Shown: one piece after another, positions 19,984-29,526 of the stretch | How positions within the stretch are numbered: the stretch's first letter is position 1 | Layout of the letters: every line of letters starts with the position of its first letter | NCBI GenBank assembly: GCA_965199825.1 | Contig: OZ241329.1 | Span: 1,792,001 to 1,856,000, forward strand | Source of the DNA: Bdellovibrionales bacterium | GTDB taxonomy: Bacteria > Bdellovibrionota > Bdellovibrionia > Bdellovibrionales > UBA1609 | Direction: 5' to 3' | Length of the DNA: 64,000 nucleotides | The notes under the pieces: generated by a model | Told to the model about the DNA's origin: nothing | The model's database searches: none | Seen by the model: the letters and a program-made list of their open reading frames with translations, nothing else | Position numbers and translations under genes: made by a program

Positions 19984-20633
19984 CACGCCAGTTCTCGACC
20001 GCGATAATCCAAAAAGTGACCCGAGTGTTCCAATTTTTCGATTTGTTGCCAGATGCCTGCGGCAGAGGTTTCGACTTTGAGTGGCGCATTTTCGCCCCCC
20101 ATTCGGGTTTGAACCCATCCGGGATGAATAACCAAAGTTTTTAACCAGGGCTCGTCGCAGGTCAGAGATTTGTTGATCATGTTGAGTGCAGCTTTAGATG
20201 CTCGATAGGAGTACGAGCCGCCCGACGTATTATCGGCAATCGATCCCATAAGGCTCGTCACATGAATCACTTTTGGATTTTTAGATTTTTTTAATAATGG
20301 CACTACCGCCCGAGTTAAAAAAAGAGGGATGACGCTGTTGATCTCAAAGGTTTTTAAAAAATCGCTCATCTCAGTATCGCCATTGTAGACGCCTGCATTG
20401 TTGATCAAAAGATCCAAGGACTCGTGAGATGAAACCTTAATAACGATCTGGTCAATATCGGTGGTCAGCTCAGCCTCAAGAATATTTAAATGGTCTGGAT
20501 ATTTTTTTTTGAGTTCTTTAAGCTCAGGGGAAGGCTTTCTCGCGACAGCAAAAACCTCATATTTTTTTTGAATTGCGATCTCGGTGAGTTTAAGTCCAAT
20601 GCCCTGTGATGTTCCAGTAATTAAAATTTTCAT
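19980..20633 (-). CDS. Short-chain dehydrogenase, CsgA/C-factor-like
   Basis: TGTSQGIG, LINNAG, YRASKAALN and HPGWVQTRMGG. Confidence 0.9.
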   Translation of the reverse strand: MKILITGTSQGIGLKLTEIAIQKKYEVFAVARKPSPELKELKKKYPDHLNILEAELTTDIDQIVIKVSSHESLDLLINNAGVYNGDTEMSDFLKTFEINSVIPLFLTRAVVPLLKKSKNPKVIHVTSLMGSIADNTSGGSYSYRASKAALNMINKSLTCDEPWLKTLVIHPGWVQTRMGGENAPLKVETSAAGIWQQIEKLEHSGHFLDYRGRELAW

Positions 20634-20769
20634 GTCTCATTTTTAGATGGTGTTCTGCTTTTAAGACAAATGATTTATTTAGGATATCTTGTCTCGTATT
20701 TGGTCGATTGAGACGATAGTTGCCTTTCGGTCGCAAAAGCATGTTCAAATAGAGAAGGCGAGGGGGCTC

Positions 20770-22533
20770 ATGTTGAACGTCAAGCTGTTTACGCGAAAGA
20801 TCCAAAACTCGAAGGGACAATCCTTAATTCAGGTTGTGATCGCGATCGGAATGGCTGGAGTCTTAAGTCTTGTGCTGCTCTCAATCCAGCAGATTATGAA
20901 TAAGCAACAGTATCAAAGCACCCTCGATTTCCAAGTTAAACAAAAAAGATTGATGATCGAGCAGTTCATTAACAATCCAATTTCTTGGAAGTACACCATT
21001 GCGGCAAACTCTGGCTTGAGCTGTTTAAATTCTCCATCAACCTGTCGTACCGGCGACACCACCAATGTGTTCATTGTTAAAGACACCACTTCACCCAATG
21101 GAAACACTTTTTATGATTGGAGCAGCGGCGGCGGGTTAAATCTTCAAGGAACCGCTTGCCCTGGATTTATCAATCCACCAGCTCCCGATCACACAGGAAA
21201 TGGAAATTCGAAATGTCCTTTGCAATTTCAGATCAGTTGGACTGCTGAGTGTGGAGGACCAACTGGAACTCTTTGCGGAGCGACGCCGATCCTTTCAAAG
21301 ATTAATATGAATTTAGTTTACAACCCTGGGCCCGATGCGATTGCAATTCCATTTAGCACCCTGAATTATAGCAAAACATTTCCGCAAGGTGGCGATGCCA
21401 ATGGTGCGATGACGTGTAATTGGCAATACACAGCTGCAGGACTTGTTGAAGTGTGTGGACGGGTTGGCATCGGGACAACGAGTCCCACTCAGCAATTGGA
21501 TGTTGCGGGCAATGCCAATTTTTCGGGATTTATCACTCCGAATCGTGTGCAAAACATCAATGGAACAGATGCAGCACCGGCCTATTCGTTTTTGAATAGT
21601 CCTGCGACAGGAATCAATTCTCCATCGAACAACACAATGAGTGTGGTGACAAATTCGGTTGAGCGGATGCGCGTAACTCCTTCGGGTAATGTCGGTATTG
21701 GTTCAACTTCACCAATTGGCAATCTTGATGTTACCGGCAGCACATATATGAGAGCGCCTTTAGGATCAGGTGGATATGGATCATCAAGTGGTCAGGTCCT
21801 TAAATTCACCACAGATACCGGACTTAAATTAATGAGTTTTAATATCGAATCTCAATTTCCTGCCCATTCGAGCATTGTCTACAGAAACGACTTAAAATCT
21901 GGATATGGCGACAACTGGATGATGGCGTTTCGTCTTTCTGGGAGTTGGCCTGGTGGAAGTCCAAGTGGTCCAAGCAATCGAATTGAATTTTTTGGTGGAG
22001 CACGTAATGATTCCACAGATACTATAGCCATTTCGCACGGTAATTTATCGTTTCAAACAGATTGTATCGCCGGCGAGACCTGCACCTCGGTCTTTCAAAG
22101 AAATCCGATGCCTTCAGACAGTCGCCTCAAAGATCATATCCGACCTTTTACAAAAGGCTTGGATACAATTAATCAAGTGCATCCCGTATTTTATCAATAC
22201 AATGGGCTCGGTGGAACCATTAAGGATGGAAAAGATCAATTGGGTGTGATTGCCCAAGAACTTGAAAAACAATTACCCGAACTCGTAACCAAAAAAGAGA
22301 TGCAGCTTCACAAAGAGGATCAAAAATTAACCGAAATTCGCCAGGTAAATTATATTGGTTTAATATTCGTCGTCATCAATGCGGTTCAAGATTTATATAA
22401 AAAGCTGTTCTCTGCTGACGGAGTGATTCAACAACTTAAAAATGAAAATAAAAATTTATCTGTTGAGGTCAAAGAACTCAAAGCCATCGTTTGCGGGGAT
22501 CATCCAAAAGCCGCCTACTGCACTCAAAAATAA
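20770..22533 (+). CDS. Prepilin-like N-terminus + tail-fibre repeats + C-terminal S74 intramolecular chaperone (fibre adhesin 1)
   Basis: GAGGGG RBS before ATG 20770. NSKG|QSLIQVVIAIGM plus a hydrophobic helix; VGIGTTSP..LDV repeats; SDSRLK...GVIAQEL...VNY...INAVQDL and a terminal coiled coil. Confidence 0.85.
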   Translation: MLNVKLFTRKIQNSKGQSLIQVVIAIGMAGVLSLVLLSIQQIMNKQQYQSTLDFQVKQKRLMIEQFINNPISWKYTIAANSGLSCLNSPSTCRTGDTTNVFIVKDTTSPNGNTFYDWSSGGGLNLQGTACPGFINPPAPDHTGNGNSKCPLQFQISWTAECGGPTGTLCGATPILSKINMNLVYNPGPDAIAIPFSTLNYSKTFPQGGDANGAMTCNWQYTAAGLVEVCGRVGIGTTSPTQQLDVAGNANFSGFITPNRVQNINGTDAAPAYSFLNSPATGINSPSNNTMSVVTNSVERMRVTPSGNVGIGSTSPIGNLDVTGSTYMRAPLGSGGYGSSSGQVLKFTTDTGLKLMSFNIESQFPAHSSIVYRNDLKSGYGDNWMMAFRLSGSWPGGSPSGPSNRIEFFGGARNDSTDTIAISHGNLSFQTDCIAGETCTSVFQRNPMPSDSRLKDHIRPFTKGLDTINQVHPVFYQYNGLGGTIKDGKDQLGVIAQELEKQLPELVTKKEMQLHKEDQKLTEIRQVNYIGLIFVVINAVQDLYKKLFSADGVIQQLKNENKNLSVEVKELKAIVCGDHPKAAYCTQK

Positions 22534-22651
22534 TATTTTTATAGAATCCGGCTGTTGATGCAGCCGCGCATGATGTTAGCCTATTTTTTTGCACTTTTTT
22601 AATTTGCCGTGCTCTAATCTCTCTTAGATTTTACGAAGAGAGAGGCGCCGT

Positions 22652-24277
22652 TTGAAAATCAAAGATCAAATACTTAAAAATTCTAAAGGACAATCGTTAA
22701 TCCAAGTAGTGATCGCTCTGGGTATGGTTGGAATGCTGACGCTGGTGTTGCTATCGGTGCAGCAGATTATTAATAAGCAACAGTATCAGAGTTCTTTGAA
22801 TTTTCAGGTAGATACAAACTTGAGAATGATTCAGTCCCTGATTAACAATCCCACCGCCTGGGGTTTTACGATTGCAGCGAACTCAGGTTTGGCTTGTGCT
22901 GCTAATCCTTCGACATGTCGCCAAGGTGATACCGCAAATGTTTTTATAGTAAAAGACTCCATTCTTCCTAGTGGAAATGTTTATTACGATTGGACTGGCC
23001 CCAAGGGACTAGACAAATCAGGCACTCCCTGCACGGGATTTGTGAATTCTCCGATTCCAGGTGTGACTGGCAATGGAAATTCGCAATGCCCGCTTCAATT
23101 TCAAATCCAGTGGACCGCAGACTGTTCACTGCCGCCCGGAACTCTTTGCGGAATAAGTCCAATGACATCAAAAATTGTGATCAACACTGTCTACAACCCT
23201 GGGCCTGATACCGTCGCAATCCCGTTTAATACCAAAGCAAAGATACTGCCGTTTACGCAAGGAACATCGGGAGGACCCGCTTGCTCTTGGCAAACTAATT
23301 CTTTGGGCCTTGTCGAAAATTGTGGAAATGTGGGTGTTGGAACAACTTCCCCCCAAGCGAATCTTGATGTCATGGGCACTACTTTGTTAAGGAAAGTAGG
23401 GATTGGTACGACTTCCCCCCAAGCGGACCTTGATGTCGTGGGCACCACAATTTTAAGAACGGCTACGGGAACTTTAGGTTTTGCGAGCGGGAAAGTCCTT
23501 CGATTTTACGCAAATTCAGGCCTTCCTCTGATGAGTTACAGTATCGAATCTACTGGCGCTGGGCTCGGTATGAATGTCGTGCATCGTAATGATATGAAAA
23601 CCACTCCAACAAGTGACAGTTGGATGATGAACTTTCGTTTGAATGGGAGTCCTAGTAGTTCAATTCCCGGTGATTGGCCTCAATACGCATTCGGTTCGCC
23701 AAACAACAGGATCGAATTTTTTGGTGGAATTAATAATGATAAGCATGACAGCATTAACATTGCGGCTGGTGGGATTTATTTTCAGGAGAAATGTATTGCG
23801 GGAGATCCAACTTCTTCAGCATGTCCCCATTCGATATTCGCGCCATATCCAATACCCTCGGACGAAAGGCTTAAAGACCACATAAGACCATTTGTGAAAG
23901 GCCTGGAGGCTCTCAACAAAATTAAGACTAAACTTTTTAGATTTAATGGCCTTGGTGGTAGTGTGAACGATGACAAAGACAAAATCGGTGTGATTGCTCA
24001 GGAACTCGAAAAGCTTCTTCCCGAACTGGTGTTCGAAGAAGGTGAAAAATTTCATAAAGAAGACAAAGAACTCACGATGATCAAAAAAGTAAACTACACC
24101 GGATTAACTTTCGTCACCATCAACGCTATCCAAGATCTCTACAAAAAACTCTTTGGCGACAGTGGAGTGATTCAACAACTCAAAGATGAAAACAAAGCCC
24201 TGACCGCACAGGTCACAGAGTTAAAATCAATGTTCTGTGCGGAACATCCTCGATCTGCGGCTTGCAAGAAAAAATAA
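22652..24277 (+). CDS. Prepilin-like N-terminus + tail-fibre repeats + S74 chaperone (fibre adhesin 2, paralog)
   Basis: AGAGG RBS. NSKG|QSLIQVVIALGM; two tandem VGxGTTSPQAxLDV repeats; SDERLK...GVIAQEL...VNY. Confidence 0.85.
   Translation: MKIKDQILKNSKGQSLIQVVIALGMVGMLTLVLLSVQQIINKQQYQSSLNFQVDTNLRMIQSLINNPTAWGFTIAANSGLACAANPSTCRQGDTANVFIVKDSILPSGNVYYDWTGPKGLDKSGTPCTGFVNSPIPGVTGNGNSQCPLQFQIQWTADCSLPPGTLCGISPMTSKIVINTVYNPGPDTVAIPFNTKAKILPFTQGTSGGPACSWQTNSLGLVENCGNVGVGTTSPQANLDVMGTTLLRKVGIGTTSPQADLDVVGTTILRTATGTLGFASGKVLRFYANSGLPLMSYSIESTGAGLGMNVVHRNDMKTTPTSDSWMMNFRLNGSPSSSIPGDWPQYAFGSPNNRIEFFGGINNDKHDSINIAAGGIYFQEKCIAGDPTSSACPHSIFAPYPIPSDERLKDHIRPFVKGLEALNKIKTKLFRFNGLGGSVNDDKDKIGVIAQELEKLLPELVFEEGEKFHKEDKELTMIKKVNYTGLTFVTINAIQDLYKKLFGDSGVIQQLKDENKALTAQVTELKSMFCAEHPRSAACKKK
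23330..23459 (+). repeat. Tandem ~66-nt (22-aa) fibre repeat duplication
   Basis: VGVGTTSPQANLDVMGTTLLRK / VGIGTTSPQADLDVVGTTILRT. The DNA core ACTTCCCCCCAAGCG is shared. Confidence 0.85.
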
Positions 24278-24279
24278 CC

Positions 24280-25362
24280 TCAAAGCCGCCGCTGCAAAAA
24301 TTCGATACCTTTGTTCACCGACTCGCGGCTAAAAAAGTAAACCATGATGTGGCCCATGTATTTTGCCAAATAGGTTTCGACCTCAACATCTTTTTGTTTG
24401 AGAGCCTGAGCCATAAAATCCATTTGTTCGGGTTCAACCAGCGAATCCCACTCGCCGTGATACAAAAATACAGGGGGCGAGTTCTTTTGCACATGATAAA
24501 CGGGCGAGGCGGCTCGCCAAATTTCGGGATCCTGATCAAACGTGCGGCCCAAAAATTCAAACACCAAAGGAGAGTGCGGCCATGCTTCAAGACGAGCTGG
24601 AGTTCCTCCTGCCACAATCGCCTTTAGATCGCTATCAAGACCTGCAAGCAAAATGAGATTTGAACCCGCAGAATAGCCCCAACCGCCTATGCGTTGGGAA
24701 TCAATTTGATATTGTTCCGCATGTTGTTTGAGCCATAAAATGCTATCGCGAATATCATTCACCGCTGCGGGATAAAGTGATTTCGGTGCAAATCGATAGG
24801 TCACGTTGAATGCGGCAAATCCTTGATTTGCAAGTTTATGACAGACGTTAACCATATCACCTGAGCGTTTGACCCATGCTCCTCCATGAACAACGATCAC
24901 AGCCGGGTGGGGGCCGTCACCCTCAGGCAAATAAAGATCACCACGCAACTCTTGATTTTCAATTTTTTTAAAAACAATATTTGTTATGACTGTCCATTTC
25001 TCCTGTTCAACAAAACTGATTGCCCATGCCATAAATAAAATTTGTAAGGGAAGACGAGCTATCAAAATCCAGCGCGGAATGTTTTTAAATTTGGTGTGTT
25101 GATGTTGAATCATAAAAATATGGACCGGTAAAAAAACAATCAGCATCAACACAATGCTCAAACAGGCAAAATTCTTCAAAGGTTCGTAGAGGAGCATCAA
25201 TCCTAAGCCAAGTTCACAGACTCCGCTCAAAAAAATCATCGAACGATGATAGGGGATCCAGGGGGGCATCATCGGAAGATAAAATGCAGGTGCCCGAAAG
25301 TGATTGAGTCCCGCAATAATATAAAGAGCGCTCATCAAATAAAGAAAAAATAAAGAATGCAT
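24280..25362 (-). CDS. DoxX-like membrane domain fused to an alpha/beta hydrolase (esterase/lipase)
   Basis: N-terminal AGLNHF..P..Y..MMP.W+P...SGVCE (DoxX-like, about 4 TM). C-terminal HGGAW, GYSAG, HGEWD and GH. Confidence 0.75.
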   Translation of the reverse strand: MHSLFFLYLMSALYIIAGLNHFRAPAFYLPMMPPWIPYHRSMIFLSGVCELGLGLMLLYEPLKNFACLSIVLMLIVFLPVHIFMIQHQHTKFKNIPRWILIARLPLQILFMAWAISFVEQEKWTVITNIVFKKIENQELRGDLYLPEGDGPHPAVIVVHGGAWVKRSGDMVNVCHKLANQGFAAFNVTYRFAPKSLYPAAVNDIRDSILWLKQHAEQYQIDSQRIGGWGYSAGSNLILLAGLDSDLKAIVAGGTPARLEAWPHSPLVFEFLGRTFDQDPEIWRAASPVYHVQKNSPPVFLYHGEWDSLVEPEQMDFMAQALKQKDVEVETYLAKYMGHIMVYFFSRESVNKGIEFLQRRL

Positions 25363-25457
25363 GCATTCAAGTCTGATCTACCAATAGGCTTTGGGCAATG
25401 ATTTGATTGTGACTGACTTTGTTCTAAGCTATTTGGTTTAATATTTGGAGGTGCCTC

Positions 25458-26237
25458 TTGGCGATCGCAATTTTTTGTTTATTTGTTCTCAATGCCTTTA
25501 GTGATTCAATTGATGATGTCACATGCCGCAATAAGCTTTTGCGCCCCCTTCCAATATCGCAAGGTGCTGCGGGATTAATTCATAAACGTCTCAAACTTAT
25601 AAAACCTGGGGACTATGTTCACTTTCAAACTCGACGTGGGCGAAACGATAGAGTCGAGGCGAAATATTTGGGTTCAGATCGTGAGAAGATAGAATTAACC
25701 GGCCAAGGAATCTATTATGAAATCGCTTGGTCAGATATTGTTCCGTATTCCATCAAAATGATCAAAAATTTTAAGTATGATCCAAAGTCGAAGGCGATTG
25801 CTCGTTTTTGTGATGGGGATCACTCACAGATTGCCTTTGTCGAGCGTGAGCCACATTCCGATCGATTAGTTTCACACACCTGTGTCACACTCGATTTTGT
25901 TCCATTTTTTGATAAGCAGTGGCATGTGTGGTTCAAAGATCAGGGCGATCCAACCACGATTCCAACCAAAAATATTCTTTTAAGTTCTTTGCTTTCGGTT
26001 GAGCACAATCGCACCAACTCGCTGTTTACTTTGCAACATGACTTGCTGGACGCAGCTTCTCAAAAAAAAATGGTGTTGCTTGCGATACCTGAAGAAAACG
26101 AATTTTATGTCGAAGTGATTCGGCCATTGGCAGTGACCCCCGATTTTTTAATTTTCCAGCAGGAGGACGGCACTCCGGGCACTTACACCTATGACGATCT
26201 TGCCCATGCCAACTATGCTATTTTTGAGGCGTTATAA
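25458..26237 (+). CDS. Hypothetical exported protein
   Basis: GGAGG RBS before the TTG; signal peptide ending AFS. Confidence 0.65.
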   Translation: MAIAIFCLFVLNAFSDSIDDVTCRNKLLRPLPISQGAAGLIHKRLKLIKPGDYVHFQTRRGRNDRVEAKYLGSDREKIELTGQGIYYEIAWSDIVPYSIKMIKNFKYDPKSKAIARFCDGDHSQIAFVEREPHSDRLVSHTCVTLDFVPFFDKQWHVWFKDQGDPTTIPTKNILLSSLLSVEHNRTNSLFTLQHDLLDAASQKKMVLLAIPEENEFYVEVIRPLAVTPDFLIFQQEDGTPGTYTYDDLAHANYAIFEAL

Positions 26238-26240
26238 GTT

Positions 26241-26684
26241 TTAACGATCCGCTTTTTTTAAAAAATCGAAATCACGACTCATCAGTGTCTTTCGCCCGGC
26301 GGCTCGAGCATTGTCCATGGCGCGGTCGCAAAGGATGCGGAGTTGGTCAGATAAAACTCCCATCACCTCGGCCGACGTATTCATGTCCGAGCGGGCTTGA
26401 ACATAATCTTTCATGCGCGAGGCAATCACCAAAACTTCCGAAGCTTCCTGAGCTTGGGGCGCACTTTGAATAATTCTTTTTTGGGGAGAACTTGATGTGG
26501 GCGCAAACATTTCGATCGCTGCGGCGTTGGTGTGCCTCGCGCCTGGAACATGTCGCTCAAAGCAGGGCACACTACAAAAAACATAACCCGTCCGGAGGCT
26601 GTTGCAGGTCGAAACACTGCAAGCATAGTATTGAGCGCTGAAGCCAATCGGAGTTTTACAAGAGCTACATTTTTTCCATTCCAT
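26241..26684 (-). CDS. Bacterial histone-fold protein with an N-terminal Zn finger (ZZ-histone, Bd3044-like)
   Basis: N-terminal C6,C9,C22,C27,C37,C41,H45,H51. C-terminal EVLVIASRMK...MNTSAEV..VLS...LC......A...GRKTLMSRDF carries the histone-fold RKTxxxxD signature. Confidence 0.88.
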   Translation of the reverse strand: MEWKKCSSCKTPIGFSAQYYACSVSTCNSLRTGYVFCSVPCFERHVPGARHTNAAAIEMFAPTSSSPQKRIIQSAPQAQEASEVLVIASRMKDYVQARSDMNTSAEVMGVLSDQLRILCDRAMDNARAAGRKTLMSRDFDFLKKADR

Positions 26685-26832
26685 ATTTTGATCTTAGACT
26701 ACGCAGCAACAGAACTCTAGAGCAGCCACACATAAGTCGTGGAAGATAACCTTCGTTCACATTTTGAGTCCAACACCTGGACCGACTTTGAAACCGTCAT
26801 GTAAATATTGGTCACAAGCAAAAAAAATCGTA

Positions 26833-26906
26833 GCCATTTTCATATCTAAAAAGCGAGTTCGGATCGCCGAAGGCGAACGAATGTCTGAGCTTTTTAGATT
26901 TGAAAA

Positions 26907-26910
<4 letters not shown>
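26833..26910. repeat. 22-bp inverted repeat with a nested hairpin, overlapping the tRNA 3' end (possible terminator)
   Basis: GCCATTTTCATATCTAAAAAGC (26833-26854) pairs with GCTTTTTAGATTTGAAAATGGC (26889-26910) with one mismatch. Inner hairpin TCGCC-GAA-GGCGA; a U8 tract follows on the minus strand. Confidence 0.75.
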
Positions 26911-26983
<73 letters not shown>

Positions 26984-27084
26984 AATTTTTTGCAATATAA
27001 TGGATGACTTTTGATAAAGCGAGCCCGTTTTGAAACTTAAAAATTTTGTCGACAACAAAGTGCTCGCCAACATAATGGAGTGAA

Positions 27085-28839
27085 ATGAAAAACATTTTGT
27101 TTCTGCTCCTGCTTTGCTTCTCACCCTTTTCCAACGCACAAATTTTACTTCAACACTCAGACGTTTGGTTTTTAATCGTTCCGGCTCATCATAACCGAAT
27201 TTTGGTATATCGAAATCAAAACCAAAAGGTAGATCAATTAAAAATTGTCGATCAGTCTGGAGGATTATGGTCAAACGACCATTCTACCGATTTGACCTTT
27301 GAAGGCGACGATCGTTTAGTCATCAAGGATTTTGGGACCACCGTGACGGCAACCTATATGACCGAAACTAAAGCACCGATAAAATTAAATCAGGTTGCAT
27401 TAAATTCCGAGCGCCTTGATCAGTTAGGATTCGATTCGTTTTTAAAACTAGAAACTCAATCTCAAACAGAATCACAAGGTTCAGTCGCGAGCTCTGATCC
27501 GAACACCCATTTTTCGATTTTTGAGCTGCGACCTTCTCGATATTCAGATGCGGATATTCAGCTTGAGCACCGTTTAAGCAACATTGGCTTTAAAGCCCAT
27601 CATTTTCTAGGACCTCTTTCGCTCAGAGGGGATCGCTATCCCTTGTTTATGTTCGTATCAGAAGATGAAGAAAATCGGATCCGGCAAGAGTTGGGTGAAA
27701 GTGTTTTGGTGCATCGGCTTGATTTGACATCCCAAGCGACAACTCTAACTTTTGAAAAGTCATTTTGGGATTTTACACAATTGGATTCGTCATTGAGAGA
27801 AAGATTAAAAAGTCTGAGCTCAATAGTTCATAATCTAAATGCAGTTCGATCTTTAAATTTTAAAGATAAAAATCTCTTATTTTTATCAGTCAAAGAATTT
27901 CTTTACGACCTAGATCGACTCAATATTTTAATCTCAAAAAAACCAATTGGCGCGGATCAAAAAAACCGATGGCGTAAGTCATTTACAAAGCTTGCACAAG
28001 ATGCCTTTAAGATTTTGGATGGCCTTGATATCAATAAGGCCGATCGCTTTGTTTTAGATCATCCAGAACTGGTTAATGGAGCAGGCTTTGAGCTGTTCTT
28101 TAAAGATTTGGATTCCAAAAGCCTCTCGCTTTTTTCAAAATGGATTTTACAACAGAGCGCAAATTTAAAATGCATCGAGCGCGATCGACTCTTGCCCGAT
28201 TTTAAAGTTTTCATGCAAAACTCCGGGGCACCACTAGGAGATTTGACATCAGTAGTAAAGTCGAATCAGAGCTGGAGTATGCAGCCCGCAGTTGTATTTG
28301 GTGTTGGTCTTGATCGAGATCGAGAAATCAAAGAAGTGATTGAGTTCGTACTCTTAGCTGACAAATCGGCTGTGGAGTTTTCGGCTTGGTTCAAGAGGCA
28401 TAGTCCTTTGGTTGATGCCCGCACCGTTCACGGCGATGTCGTGCGCTTTTTGATTGAGTTGGCAAAGCCTGATCAAAATTTGCTCAATACCGCCGAGGGT
28501 TTTAATATTGAGAATTATGTGATTCATATAATGGAGATTTATTATCAACTGCTCGAAACCTCGCGGGTTTCGATGAAGCACCCTGAGGTGTACCGCGCCC
28601 TGTTGTTGGGAATTCAAGAAATCACCAAATTGGCAGAAAAATTGATCGCACAAGACAAAGTCGGCTCGCCGCTTTTCTTTCGAACATTTTCGAAGCTCCA
28701 AAGCGAATTTGGCCAAAAACTTTTTAAAAGCATTCTCGATTTTCAGATCACCAACCAGGCGGATCGCGACGTCTGCCTAGGTCTCCTCCATCCTGAACCC
28801 CTCCATTTTCGATTAGGAAACCTCTCGCTAAAAAATTAA
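27085..28839 (+). CDS. Hypothetical exported protein
   Basis: GGAG RBS; signal peptide MKNILFLLLLCFSPFSNA; 584-aa ORF. Confidence 0.7.
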   Translation: MKNILFLLLLCFSPFSNAQILLQHSDVWFLIVPAHHNRILVYRNQNQKVDQLKIVDQSGGLWSNDHSTDLTFEGDDRLVIKDFGTTVTATYMTETKAPIKLNQVALNSERLDQLGFDSFLKLETQSQTESQGSVASSDPNTHFSIFELRPSRYSDADIQLEHRLSNIGFKAHHFLGPLSLRGDRYPLFMFVSEDEENRIRQELGESVLVHRLDLTSQATTLTFEKSFWDFTQLDSSLRERLKSLSSIVHNLNAVRSLNFKDKNLLFLSVKEFLYDLDRLNILISKKPIGADQKNRWRKSFTKLAQDAFKILDGLDINKADRFVLDHPELVNGAGFELFFKDLDSKSLSLFSKWILQQSANLKCIERDRLLPDFKVFMQNSGAPLGDLTSVVKSNQSWSMQPAVVFGVGLDRDREIKEVIEFVLLADKSAVEFSAWFKRHSPLVDARTVHGDVVRFLIELAKPDQNLLNTAEGFNIENYVIHIMEIYYQLLETSRVSMKHPEVYRALLLGIQEITKLAEKLIAQDKVGSPLFFRTFSKLQSEFGQKLFKSILDFQITNQADRDVCLGLLHPEPLHFRLGNLSLKN

Positions 28840-28874
28840 GTTTCATCGGCTCAAAAAATGGTTATTAATAGGGG

Positions 28875-29525
28875 ATGACGATCAATTTGAGCACGAGTGA
28901 GATCTTAAAGAATGTTCAACCTACCCCCACCACCGACCATTCGCGCAGCGATGAAGAAAAAATTGGAATCATCGCCAAACATTTTGAGGGAATTCTTAAG
29001 ACTTTAGGTCTTAATCTTGAAAATGAGAGTTTAAAACAATCTCCTCACCGTATTGCCAAAATGTATGTGAACGAGCTGTTTCGTGGTCTCAACGATAAAA
29101 ACTTTCCTAAAGTCGCCGCTATCGAAAACGAATTCGACTACGAGCAGATGATTGTGGCCAAAAAAGTAAATATCAAATCGATGTGCGAACATCATTTTCA
29201 GACAATCGATGGTGTAGCAACTATCGCCTATATTCCCCAACATCGGCTGATTGGACTTTCAAAACTCAACCGGATTGCCGATTTTTTTGCGCGCCGACCT
29301 CAAGTGCAAGAGCGGTTAACAAAACAAATCGGCGATTGCTTGGTCTATGTTCTTGAGACCCCTCATGTGGCGGTGCATATCGACGCAAGACATTTTTGTT
29401 TGGTCTCCCGCGGAGTGGAAGATTCGGCAAGCACCACCATCACCTGTGATCTGCGTGGCGATTTTAAAATGAAGCCCGAAATTCGGCAAGAATTTATGGC
29501 CTATTGCGATCAACTGGGACGGTAA
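28875..29525 (+). CDS. folE: GTP cyclohydrolase I
   Basis: PHRIAKMY, SMCEHHF, IGLSKLNRI, RRPQVQERLT and HFCLVSRG. Confidence 0.95.
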   Translation: MTINLSTSEILKNVQPTPTTDHSRSDEEKIGIIAKHFEGILKTLGLNLENESLKQSPHRIAKMYVNELFRGLNDKNFPKVAAIENEFDYEQMIVAKKVNIKSMCEHHFQTIDGVATIAYIPQHRLIGLSKLNRIADFFARRPQVQERLTKQIGDCLVYVLETPHVAVHIDARHFCLVSRGVEDSASTTITCDLRGDFKMKPEIRQEFMAYCDQLGR

Positions 29526-29526
29526 C

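Noticed and set aside
22549..22566. Hairpin CGGCTG-N6-CAGCCG between the fibre genes as a terminator
   Set aside because: The stem is only 6 bp and has no adjacent U-tract.
20770..24277. Prophage, suggested by tail-fibre/S74 domains
   Set aside because: No integrase, terminase, capsid or other tail genes are present, and the proteins carry host-type pilin-like signals.
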